Origin: Pristiophorus japonicus
Lineage: Eukaryota
NCBI RefSeq assembly: GCF_044704955.1
Contig: NW_027254549.1
Coordinates: 62,001-126,000 of the forward strand
DNA: 64,000 nt
Reading direction: 5' to 3'
Under the pieces are notes generated by a model, which was not told the DNA's origin, did no database searches, and was given only the letters and a program-made list of their open reading frames with translations. Below, piece by piece: positions 27,478 to 38,987 of the stretch. How positions within the stretch are numbered: the first letter of the stretch is position 1; every line of letters begins with the position of its first letter. The translations under genes were made by a program, and so were the position numbers.

Positions 27478-30464
27478 TCAGTACCCCATTCCTGCTTTCT
27501 CGCCATACCCCTTGATCCCCCTAGTAGTAAGGACCTCATCTAACTCCTTTTTGAATATATTTAGTGAATTGGCCTCAACAACTTTCTGTGGTAGAGAATT
27601 CCATAGGTTCACCACTCTCTGGGTGAAGAAGTTCCTCCGCATCTCGGTCCTAAATGGCTTACCCCTTATCCTTAGACTGTGACCTCTGGTTCTGGACTTC
27701 CCCAACATTGGGAACATTCTTCCTGCATCTAACCTGTCTAACCCCGTCAGAATTTTAAATGTTTCTATGAGGTCCCCTCTCATTCTTCTGAACTCCAGTG
27801 AATACAAGCCCAGTTGATCCAGTCTTTCTTGATAGGTCAGTCCCGCCATCCCAGGAATCAGTCTGGTGAACCTTCGCTGCACTCCCTCAATAGCAAGAAT
27901 GTCCTTCCTCAGGTTAGGAGACCAAAACTGTACACAATACTCCAGGTGTGGCCTCACCAATGCCCTGTACAACTGTAGCAACACCTCCCTGCCCCTGTAC
28001 TCAAATCCCCTTGCTATGAAGGCCAACATGCCATTTGCTTTCTTAACCGCCTGCTGCACCTGCATGCCAACCTTCAATGACTGATGTACCATGACACCCA
28101 GGTCTCTTTGCACCTCCCCTTTTCCTAATCTGTCACCATTCAGATAATAGTCTGTCTCTCTGTTTTTACCACCAAAGTGGATAACCTCACATTTATCCAC
28201 ATTATACTTCATCTGCCATGCATTTGCCCACTCACCTAACCTATCCAAGTCGCTCTGCAGCCTCACCGCATCCTCCTCGCAGCCCACACTGCCACCCAAC
28301 TTAGTGTCATCCGCAAATTTGGAGATACTACATTTAATCCCCTCATCTAAATCATTAATGTACAGTGTAAACAGCTGGGGCCCCAGCACAGAACCTTGCG
28401 GTACCCCACTAGTCACTGCCTGCCATTCTGAAAACTACCCATTTACTCCTACTCTTTGCTTCCTGTCTGACAACCAGTTCTCAATCCATGTCAGTACACT
28501 ACCCCCAATCCCATGTGCTCTAACTTTGCACATCAATCTCTTGTGTGGGACCTTGTCGAACGCCTTCTGAAAGTCCAAATATACCACATCAACTGGTTCT
28601 CCCTTATCCACTCTACTGGAAACATCCTCAAAAAATTCCAGAAGATTTGTCAAGCATGATTTCCCTTTCACAAATCCATGCTGACTTGGACCTATCATGT
28701 CACCTCTTTCCAAATGCACTGCTATGACATCCTTAATAATTGATTCCATCATTTTACCCACTACCGATGTCAGGCTGACCGGTCTATAATTCCCTGTTTT
28801 CTCTCTCCCTCCTTTTTTAAAAAGTGGGGTTACATTGGCTACCCTCCACTCCATAGGAACTGATCCAGAGTCAATGGAATGTTGGAAAATGACTGTCAAC
28901 GCATCCACTATTTCCAAGGCCACCTCCTTAAGTACTCTGGGATGCAGTCCATCAAGCCCTGGGAATTTATCGGCCTTCAATCCCATCAATTTTCCCAACA
29001 CAATTTCCCGACTAATAAGGATTTCCCTCAGTTCCTCCTCCTTACTAGACCTCCCGACCCCTTTTATAACCGGAAGGTTGTTCGTGTCCTCCTTCGTGAA
29101 TACCGAACCAAAGTACTTGTTCAATTGGTCCGCCATTCCTTTGTTCCCCGTTATGACTTCCCCTGATTCTGACTGCAGGGGACCTACGTTTGTCTTTACT
29201 AACCTTTTTCTCTTTACAAATCTATAGAAACTTTTGCAATCCGTCTTAATGTTCCCTGCAAGCTTCTTCTCATACTCCATTTTCCCTGCCCTAATCAAAC
29301 CCTTTGTCCTCCTCTGCTGAGTTCTAAATTTCTCCCAGTCCCCAGCTTCGCTGCTATTTCTGGCCAATTTGTATGCCACTTCCTTGGCTTTAATACTATC
29401 CCTGATTTCCCTTGATAGCCACGGTTGAGCCACCTTCCCTTTTTTATTTTTATGCCAGACAGGAATGTACAATTGTTGTAGTTCATCCATGTGGTCTCTA
29501 AATGTCTGCCATTGCCCATCCACAGTCAACCCCTTAAGTATCATTCGCCAATCCATCCCAGCCAATTCACGCCTCATACCTTCAAAGTTAGCCTTCTTTA
29601 AGGTCTGGACCATGGTCTCTGAATTAAATGTTTCATTCTCCATCCCAATGCAGAATTCCATCATATTATGGTCACTCTTCCCCAAAGGGCCTCGCACAAC
29701 GAGATTGCTAATTAATCCTCTCTCATTACATAACACCCAGTCTAAGATGGCCTCCCCCCTAGTTGGTTCCTCGACATATTGGTCTAAAAAACCATCCCTT
29801 ATGCACTCCAGAAAATCCTCCTCCACCGTATTGCTTCCAGTTTGGTTAGCCCAATCTATGTGCATATTAAAGTCACCCATTATAACTGCTGCACCTTTAT
29901 TGCACGCACCCCTAATTTCATGTTTGATGCCCTCCCCAACATCACTACTACTGTTTGGAGGTCTGTACACAACTCCCACTAACGTTTTTTGCCCTTTGGT
30001 GTTCTGCAGCTCTACCCATATAGATTCCACATCATCCAAGCTAATGTCCTTCCTAACTATTGCCTTAATCTCCTCCTTAACCAGCAATGCTACCCCACCT
30101 CCTTTTCCTTTTATTCTATCCTTCCTGAATGTTGAATACCCCTGGATGTTGAGTTCCCAGCCCTGACCATCCTGGAGCCACGTCTCCGTAATCCCAATCA
30201 CATCATATTTGTTAACATCTATTTGCACAGTTAATTCATCCACCTTATTGCAGATACTCCTTGCATTAAGACACAAAGCCTTTAGGCTTGTTTTTTTAAC
30301 ACCCTCTGTCCTTTTAGAATTTTGCTGTACAATGGCCCTTTTTGTTCTTTGCCTTGGGTTTCTCTGCCCTCCATTTTTCCTCATCTCCTTTCTGTCTTTT
30401 GTTTTTGCCTCCTTTTTGTTTCCCTCTATCTCCCTGCATTGTTTCCCATCCCCCTGCCATATTA
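27478..30464 (-). pseudogene. CR1 ORF2 (APE endonuclease plus reverse transcriptase) with one TAG
   Basis: ORFs 28435..30384 and 27478..28416 share a frame; TAG at 28435-28437 is TAC (Tyr) in the sister copy near 45945; the frame is open up to the ORF1 stop. Confidence 0.93.
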
Positions 30465-31409
30465 GTTTAACTCCTCCCCAACAGCACTAGCAAACACTCC
30501 CCCGAGGACATTGGTTCCGATTCTGCCCAGGTGCAGACCGTCCGGATTGTACTGGTCCCACCTCCCCCAGAACCGGTTCCAATGCCCCAGGAATTTGAAT
30601 CTCTCCCTGCTGCACCATTGCTCAAGCCACGTATTCATCTGAGCTATCCTGCAATTCCTACTCTGACTAGCACGTGGCACTGGTAGCAATCCCGAGATTA
30701 CTACTTTTGAGGTCCTACTTTTTAATTTAGCTCCTAGCTCCTTAAATTCATTTCGTAGGAACTCATCCCTTTTTTTACCTATGTCATTGGTACCAACATG
30801 CACCATGACAACTGGCTGTTCTCCCTCCCTTTTTAGAATGTCCTGCACCCGCTCCGAGACATCCTTGACCCTTGCACCAGGGAGGCAACATACCATCCTG
30901 GAGTCTCGGTTGCGGCCGCAGAAACGCCTATCTATTCCCCTTACAATTGAATCCCCTATCACTATCGCTCGCCCACTCTTTTTCCTGCCCTCCTGTGCAA
31001 CAGAGCCAGCCACGGTGCCATGAACTTGGCTGCTGCTGCCTGCTCCTGATGAGTCATCCCCCTCAACAGCACTCAAAGCAGTGTATCTGTTTTGCAGTGG
31101 GATGACCACAGGGGACCCCTGCACTACCTTCTTTGCACTACTCTTCCTGCAGGTCTTCCATTCCCTCGCTGGCTGTGGACCCTTCTCCTGCGGTAAGACC
31201 AACTCGCTACACGTGATACTCACGTCATTCTCAGCATCGTGGATGCTCCAGAGTGAATCCACCTTCAGCTCCAACTCCGCAACGCGGACCGTCAGTAGCC
31301 GGAGGTGGACACACTTCCCGCACATGTAGTCGTCAGGGACACTGGTATTGTCCCCGTGTTCCCACATGGTACAGGAGGAGCATATCACACGACCGAGCTG
31401 TCCTGCCAT
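30462..31409 (-). CDS. CR1 ORF1: zinc finger/leucine zipper plus SGNH esterase domain
   Basis: CSSC...CGKC, heptad leucines, GDSIVRG, HVGTNDI and DGLHL motifs. Confidence 0.92.
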   Translation of the reverse strand: MAGQLGRVICSSCTMWEHGDNTSVPDDYMCGKCVHLRLLTVRVAELELKVDSLWSIHDAENDVSITCSELVLPQEKGPQPAREWKTCRKSSAKKVVQGSPVVIPLQNRYTALSAVEGDDSSGAGSSSQVHGTVAGSVAQEGRKKSGRAIVIGDSIVRGIDRRFCGRNRDSRMVCCLPGARVKDVSERVQDILKREGEQPVVMVHVGTNDIGKKRDEFLRNEFKELGAKLKSRTSKVVISGLLPVPRASQSRNCRIAQMNTWLEQWCSRERFKFLGHWNRFWGRWDQYNPDGLHLGRIGTNVLGGVFASAVGEELN

Positions 31410-32070
31410 GACTTAACCCTTAGATACACTTAAATTGCCGACAACAATGTTAAAAGTTACTGACTAATAAAGAAAAAGAAAAACTACTCACCAATCAGCA
31501 GCCAATCACTTACCACATTGGCTGTGACGTCACCTTTTGATTTCTTTCTACTTCTTTTTTGACTTCTCTCAGCTGGAGCTGCACAAGTACGTCTCTCTCG
31601 ACGCTCCCCGGACTGCTAAGCCTTGGCTGCTGGTTTCTTTACCTTCCTTCCCACTTTCCCCTGGTTTTCCTTCTTAGCGAGTTTGAAGGAGCCCGAGGCG
31701 CCCGTACCCTTGGTCTGCACCAGGAAGCCATTTGTCACATTCTTCTTGATACTGAACCTGATCTGGGACCCGCGCTTCTCCACATCCACGCCTTTGGCCG
31801 CCAGAGCCTTCTTTATCGCGGCCAGAGACATCCCCTTGCGATCGCTGCCATCGGCCACAACCTTGAGGATCTGTTCGCCCAACGGGGGCCGGCTGGCTTG
31901 GAGCGGGGAGCTGCCTTCTTCTTCTTGCTGGGAGCCTTGGTTTGAGCTGCGGCGGCAGGAGGAGCGGTTTCGGCGGCTGCAGTGTCAGTCATGTCGGCGG
32001 CTCTGTGGAAAATCTCTCTGACAGTCAGAGCTCGGTCAGAAATGAAACGGGAGGCGGCGGCACAGAGCAA

Positions 32071-32530
32071 CTTAAAGGCAGCGAGCGGACGGGGCGAGAC
32101 ATCCTGCTGTCAGCTCACCGCCCCTCCAGCCTCTCTGTGTTTCTCTCTCCTCATTAACTGTCCGATTCCAATTCAACCCTGGCCCTCCAGATTCCCAGAC
32201 TGGCCTCTTTCTGTCCCGAAGACCGGGATGTTTGTTGTCGAGAAAGTTTCATCCGAATTGAAGACAGCAATTTGGATTTAAACCCGTTTTATTGCTGCAC
32301 TGATCGCGCTCTCTCACCCGATCGCGGACATTTTCTCTGTTTTTCGATTGAAATTTGAAATCACATCAAACTTGACGTTTAATTCCCACTTTAGACCTGA
32401 GCAGGGCAGCAGGGCGATCCTGTGACAGGGAAATCTTTGAATTTTACACAAGAGGGACTCTGGAATCCGGCGATGAGACGGACACACAAACACAGTGACA
32501 TTAATCTCACCGGGCCGCCCCTTTAACACA
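32071..32530 (-). promoter_or_regulatory. H1 promoter
   Basis: AC box AAACACA (32136-32142), GC box (32118-32124), weak TTTAAG TATA and distal TGTGTTA (32524-32530). Confidence 0.65.
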
Positions 32531-34577
32531 CTCTCGCTCACACAATGTTCACATCTGCACATTCACAGCACAAACTGTCCCAGATTTACAGCTCCCAGCA
32601 CAGGGTTACCTCTCCGCTCGGCCTGTGCTGCCGATTCTCGGGGTTAGTTGTAGTTTCGCAGCTCAGTAAGTGTTAAACACTCCGAGGCCGGCGCTCCTCA
32701 GTGTCTGTTCCCCAGATTCAGGGGCAGGAGCCAATCACAGCAGTGGCTGGCTTAACTCATATCTACTGTTAAGTTGTTATATTGTTCCAATGCAGAAATA
32801 TGTTTGATTAGTATGAAAATATAAATTATATGTTCACCGTCCCTCCAGCCTTTCTTTGTCTCTCGCCTCCTAAACTGAGGGACATTCAACAGTAACGAGT
32901 GTCCTATCCATCCCATGCTCATCACCCAGAGATGTGTCTCCATATTACGCTCAATACTAGTATCAGACATTCCTGTACCGCACTACGAAAGATAGAGAGA
33001 GATACACACACTTTATCAGTCTTACACTTGGTATCAGTGTTCCCATATTACGCTCAGTCACAGTGCCACACCGTCATGTACAGCACCAGAGAGAGAAACA
33101 GAAACAGTATCAGGATTGTACTTCCAATAGTGTTTCCACATCATGCTCATTAGCAGTATCCCCCATCACAGACAGTACAAGAGAAAGAGGATTGTAACAG
33201 AGTCAGAGATGGGGGAGAGTGCTGAGTGAGAGACAGGAGAGATCGAGGTCTGGCGGTGAGACACAGAAACATGCACAGGAGCAGTTCCAGACTGACCTGT
33301 GAGGTCCGGTTTTATCCTGAAAGTCCCATTGGGGAGATAGAAGATGCAGTCCCCTCTCTCACTGCTGTTGTACCACAGAGGGAGACATTATTAATCCCAC
33401 ACTGCTGGACAGTGTCAGAGACTGAGAGAAACAAGGTCCCACATTTAACCATCGCTTGCCTGTTGTACTCCCTGTAATCTTGCAGCTCATGGCTGTTCGG
33501 TATTATTCTCAGTGACTGAGTGTTTCACTCTAATTAAATTAATCTGGGAACGTTTCTGTCAGATATTAACTCCTGCACAGTCCCAGCAAACACTCCTGCT
33601 CCCTAGTCCCTCCGATGATTCTGCAGGATTGCTTGGTGAAGACGGGCTCACGAAGAGAAAAACATCCTGCATGGCATGATCCCAAATTGAGCATCTCAAA
33701 GAGGCAAGGCCCCCAGCTTTAAACATTCTCTGCCCTTCAGGCCTCCATAACCAGTGCCTGTGAAGAGACACTTGGTCACTCAACCAGAAAACTCCAGGAC
33801 TGGTTTGATGAGAATGATCAGGAGATCCAAGAACTAACAGATCGCAAGCGCAGAGCATTTCTGAGCCTCAAGCAACAACACAACTCAGGAGCAGCAAAGC
33901 AACATTACAGGCAGCTCAAGGCTGAGGTCCAACAAAAAACCTGGGACCTAACAAACAGCTGGTGGATGGAGAAAGCACAGGAGATACAACAACTGGCCAA
34001 CAGCCATGATGTGTGAGGATTTTTCATCACAGTCAAGGCCACCTATGATCCAAACTCCCAAGGACCCACCCCACTGCTGGCCAAGAACGAGGAAACCATC
34101 AAGGACACCGAGGCTGTCAGGGTCCCGCTGGAAGGAGGACTTTGAAGATCTCCTCAATCGAGACTCTGCCTTTGACTCGAGTGTTCTCAATTCCATCCCG
34201 CAGCATGCGACCCGCCACCACCTCAGTGAAACCCCAACGGTGCATGAGGTAGGAAAAGCCATAAGACAACTCAAGAACAACAAGGCTATGGGAGCGGATG
34301 GTATCTCTGCTGAGGCACTAATGTATGGCGGAGAGGCGCTGTTGACGCGGATACATGACCTCATCTGGAGGGAGGAGAGTATGCCGGGAGATCTGAGAGT
34401 TGCAGTGATCGTGACCATCTTTAAAAAAGGGGACAAGTCCGACTGCGGCAATTACTTAGGAATCTCCCTGCTATCAACCACTGGGAAGGTTGTCGCTAGA
34501 GTCCTCCTCAACCATCTTCACCCTGTGACCGAGGAGAACCTCCCAGAATCACAGTGCGGATTTCGTCCCCTACGGTG

Positions 34578-37500
34578 CATAGAAACAGAGGAACATAGAA
34601 AATAGGTGCAGGAGTAGGCCATTCGGCTCTTCGAGCCTGCACCACCATTCAATAAGATCATGGCTGATCATTCAACTCAGTACCCCTTTCCTGCTTTCTC
34701 TCCATACCCCTTGATCCCTTTAGCCGTAAGGGCCATATCTAACTCCCTCTTGAATATATCCAATCAACTGGCATCAACAACTCTCTGCAGTGGGGAATTC
34801 CACAGGTTAACAACTCTCTGAGTGAAGAAGTTTCTTCTCAACTCAGTCCTAAATAGCTTACTCCTTATCATTCGACTGTGACCCCTGGTTCTGGACTTAC
34901 CCAACATCGGGAACATTCTTCCTACATCTAATCTGTCCAGTCCCGTCAGAATTTTATATGTTTCAATGAGATCCCCTCTCATCCTTCTAAACTCCAGTGA
35001 ATACAGGCCCAGTCAATCCAGTCTCTCCTCATATGTCAGTCCAGCCATCCCAGGAATCAATCTGGTGAACCTTCGCTGCACTCCTTCAATAGCAAGAACA
35101 TCCTTCCTCAGATTAGGAGACCCAAACTGACCACCTCACCAAGGCCCTGTACAACTGCAGTAAGACCTCCCTGTTCCTATACTCAAATCCCCTAGCCATG
35201 AAGGCCAACATACCATTTGCCTTCTTCACCACCTGCTGTACCTGAATGCCAACTTTCAATGACTGATGTACCGTGACACCCAGGTCTCGTTGCACCTCCC
35301 CTTTTCCTAATCTGCCGCCATTCAGATAATATTCTGCCTTCGTGTTTTTGCCCCCAAAGTGGATAACCTCACATTTATCCACATTATACTGCATCTGCCA
35401 TGCATTTGTCCACCTACCTAACCTGTCCAAGTCACCCTGCAGCCTCTTAGCGTTCTCCTCACAGCTCACTTCATCACCCAGTTTAGTGTCATCTGCAAAC
35501 TTGGAGATATTACACTCAATTTCTTCATCCAAATCATTAATGTATATTGTAAATAGCTGGGGTCCCAGCACTGAGCCCTGCGGCACCCTAGTAGTCACTG
35601 CCTGCCATTCTGAAAAGGACCCGTTAATCCCGACTCCCTGCTTCCTGTCTGGCAACCAGTTCTCTATCCACGTCAGTACATTACCCCCAATAACATGTGC
35701 TTTAATTTTGCACACCAATCTCTTGTGTGGGACCTTGTCAAAAGGGCAAATACATCAGCTCCACTGGTTCTCCCCTGTCCACTCTACTAGTTACATCCTC
35801 AAAAAATTCCAGAACATTTGTCAAGCATGATTTCCCTTTCATGATTTCCCATGTTGACTTGTCACTGTCACTGCTTTCCAAATGCGCTGTTATTTCATCT
35901 TTAATAATTGATTCCAACTTTTCCCCCACTACTGATGTCAGGCTAACCTGTCTATAATTATCCATTTTCTCTCTCCCTCCTTTTTTAAAAAGTGGTGTTA
36001 CGTTATCTACCCTCCAGTTCATAGGAACTGATCCAGAGTCAATAGACTGTTGGAAAATGATCACCAATGCATCTACTATTCCTAGGGCCACTTCCTTAAG
36101 TACTCTGGGATGCAGACTATCAGGCCCCGGGGATTTATCGGCCTTTAATCCGATCAATTTCCCTAACACAATTTCCCGCCTAATAAGGATATCCTTCAGT
36201 TCCTCCTTCTCACAAGACCCTCGGTCCCCTAGTACTTCCAGAAGGTTATTTGTGTCTTCCTTCGTGAAGACAGAACCAAAGTATTTGTTCAGTTGGTCTG
36301 CCATTTCTTTGTTCCCCATTATAAATTCACCTGAATCTGATTGCAAGGGACCTACATTTGTCTTCACTAATCTTTTTCTCTTCACATATCTATCAAAGCT
36401 TTTGCAGTCAGTTTTTATGTTCCTGGCAAGCTTCCTTCACACTCTATTTTCCCCCTCCGAATTAAACCCTTTTTCCTCCTCTGCCGAATTCTAAATTTCT
36501 CCCAGTCCTCTGGTTTGCTGCTTTTTTGGGCCAATTTATATGCCTCTTTCTTGGATTTAACACTATCCTTAATTTCCCTGTTAGCCACGGTTGAACCACC
36601 TTCCCCGTTTTATTTTTACTCCAAACAGGGATGCACAATTGTTGAAGTTCATCCATGTGATCTTTAAATGCTTGCTATTGCCTATCCACCATCAACCCTT
36701 TAAGGATCATTTGCCAGTCTATTCTAACCAATATCACATATCATACCATCGAAGTTACATTTCCTCAAGTTCAGGACCCTAGTCTCTGAAGGAACTGTGG
36801 CACTATCCATCTTAATAAAGAATTTTACCATATTATGGTCACTCTTCTCCAAGGGGCCTTGCACAACAAGATTGCTAATTAGTCCTTTCTCATTACACAT
36901 CACCCAGTCTAGGATGGCCCGCCCTTTAATTGGTTCCTCGACATATTGGTCCAGAAAACCATCCCTAACACTTTCCAGGAAATCCTCCTCCACCATATTG
37001 CTACCAGTTTGGTTATCACAATCTATATGTAGATTAAAGTCGCCCATGATAACTGCTGTACCTTTATTGCATGCATCCCTAATTTCTTGTTTGATGCTGT
37101 CCCCAACCTCACTACTAGTGTTTGGTGGTCTGTACACAACTCCCACTAGCGTTTTCTGCCCTTTGGTATTCCGCAGCTCCAACCATACAGATTCCACATC
37201 ATGCAAACTGATGTCCTTCCTTACTATTGCGTTAATTTCCTCGTTAACCAGCAACACTACCCCATGTCCTTTTCCTTTCTGTCTATCCTTCCTGAATGAT
37301 GAATACCCCTGGATGTTGAGTTCCCAGCCTTGGTCACCCTGGAGCCATGTCTCCGTGATGCCAATTATATCATATTCATTCATTGCTGCCTGTGCAATTA
37401 ATTCTTCAACCATGTTATGAATACTCTTTGCATTGAGGCAGAGAACCTTCAGACTTTCTTTTTAACACACTTTGCCCTTTTAGAATTTTGCTGCAATGTG

Positions 37501-38987
37501 GCCCTTTTGGATTTTTGTCTTGGGTTTCTCTGCCCTCCACTTTTACTTTTCTTCTTTCAATCATTTGCTTCTGTCCCCATTTTACTTCCCTCTGTCTCCC
37601 TGCATAGGTTCCCATCCCCCTGCCATATTAGTTTAACGCCTCCCCAACAGCACTAGCAAACACTCCCCCTAGGACATTGGTTCCGTTCCTGCCCAGGTGC
37701 AGACTGTCCGGTTTGTACTGGTCCCATCTCTCCCAGAACCGGTTCCAATGTCCCAGGAATTTGAATCCTTCCCTTCTACACCACTCCTCAAGCCATGTAT
37801 TCACCTGAGCTATCCTGCAATTCCTACTCTGACTAGCACGTGACACTGGTAGCAATCCTGAGATTACTACCTTTGAGATCCTACTTTTTAATTTAGCTCC
37901 TAGCTCCCTAAATTCAGCTTGTAGGAGCTCATCCCATTTCTTTACCGATATCTTTGGTACCTATATGCAGCACGATAACTGGCTGTTCACCCTCCCCCTT
38001 CAAAATGTCCTGCAACCGCTCCGAGACATCCTTGAACCTTGACCTGGGAAGCAACATACCATTGTGGCCACAGAAACGTCTATCTATTCCGATTACAATA
38101 GAATCCCCTACCACTATTGCTCTCCCACTCTTTTTCCTGCCCTCCTGTGCAGCAGAGCCACCCACAATGCCATGAACTTGGCTGCTGCTGCCCTGCCCTA
38201 TGAGTCATCCCCCCAACAATACCCACAGCAGTGTATCTGTTTTGGCGGGGGATGACCGCAGGAGACCTCTGCACTGCCCTTCCTGTTGGCCATCCATTCC
38301 CCATCTGTCTGTGTAACCCTTACCTGCGGTAAGACCAATTCACTAAACGTGCTATTCATGGCATCCTCAGCATCATGCATGCTCCAGAGTGAATCCACCC
38401 ACAGCTCCAGTACCGCAATGCAGTCTGTCAGAAGCTGCAGCAGAGTACACTTCCTGCATATGTAGTCGTCAGGGACACTGGAAACGTCCCTGAGTTCCCA
38501 CATAATACAGGAGGAGCATGACACCTGTCTGAGCTCTCCTACCATGAGTTAACCCTTAGATCTACTTAATTTGGCAACAACAATGATAAAGGTTACCCAC
38601 TGATAGGGAAAATAAAAATAAAAACTACTCACCAATCACCAGCCAATCACTTACCCCCTTGGCTGTGACGTCACCTTGTGATTTCTTTCTACTTCTTTGT
38701 TTACCTTCTACCCCTGCACCTGCACCAGCAGGCCTCTCCGACTGTTGGGTCTTTTATAGGCCTCTCCGATGCTGCCCCAGACTCCCGCTGCTCGAACTCC
38801 CGCCTCTCCGACTGTTGGGCCTTTTATAGGCCTCTCCGATGCTGCCCCAGACTCCCACTGCTCGAACTCCCGCCTCTCCGATGCCGAGCCTTTTATAGGC
38901 CTCTCCAACACTGCTCCGGACTCCCGCTGCTCAAACTCCTGTCTCTCCGATGCCGAGCCTTTTATAGGCCTCCCTGACACTGCCCCT
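34578..38987 (-). mobile_element. Full-length decayed CR1 nested in the RTE
   Basis: ORF1 pieces 37628-38545 and ORF2 pieces; interrupts the RTE between GFRPLR and GTMDM. Confidence 0.93.
38728..38985 (-). repeat. CR1 5' UTR tandem monomers (69-70 bp), each with a TATA box
   Basis: cttttatagg (CCTATAAAAG on minus) at 38751, 38821, 38890 and 38959. Confidence 0.85.

Larger units (their letters stand above)
27385..31621 (-). mobile_element. Near-full-length young CR1 LINE
   Basis: Partial 5' UTR, intact ORF1, ORF2 with a single nonsense codon, (tttctatg)n tail. Confidence 0.97.
27103..31992 (-). pseudogene. H1: Linker histone H1, split by CR1 and frameshifted
   Basis: 5' part 31992-31622 (MTDTAAAETAPP..., globular domain LVQTKGTGASGSFKL) has a 1-nt deletion near 31885; 3' K/A/P tail 27384-27103; reconstructs to ~217 aa. 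Confidence 0.93.

Noticed and set aside
27385-31621. CR1 removed as an intron to restore H1
   Set aside because: The insert begins GCTTAG and ends ...CTATGT with no terminal AG, and H1 also carries an upstream frameshift.
32660-32770. Divergent gene promoter upstream of H1 (CCAAT near 32731)
   Set aside because: No TATA, coding sequence or stem-loop follows that I can identify.
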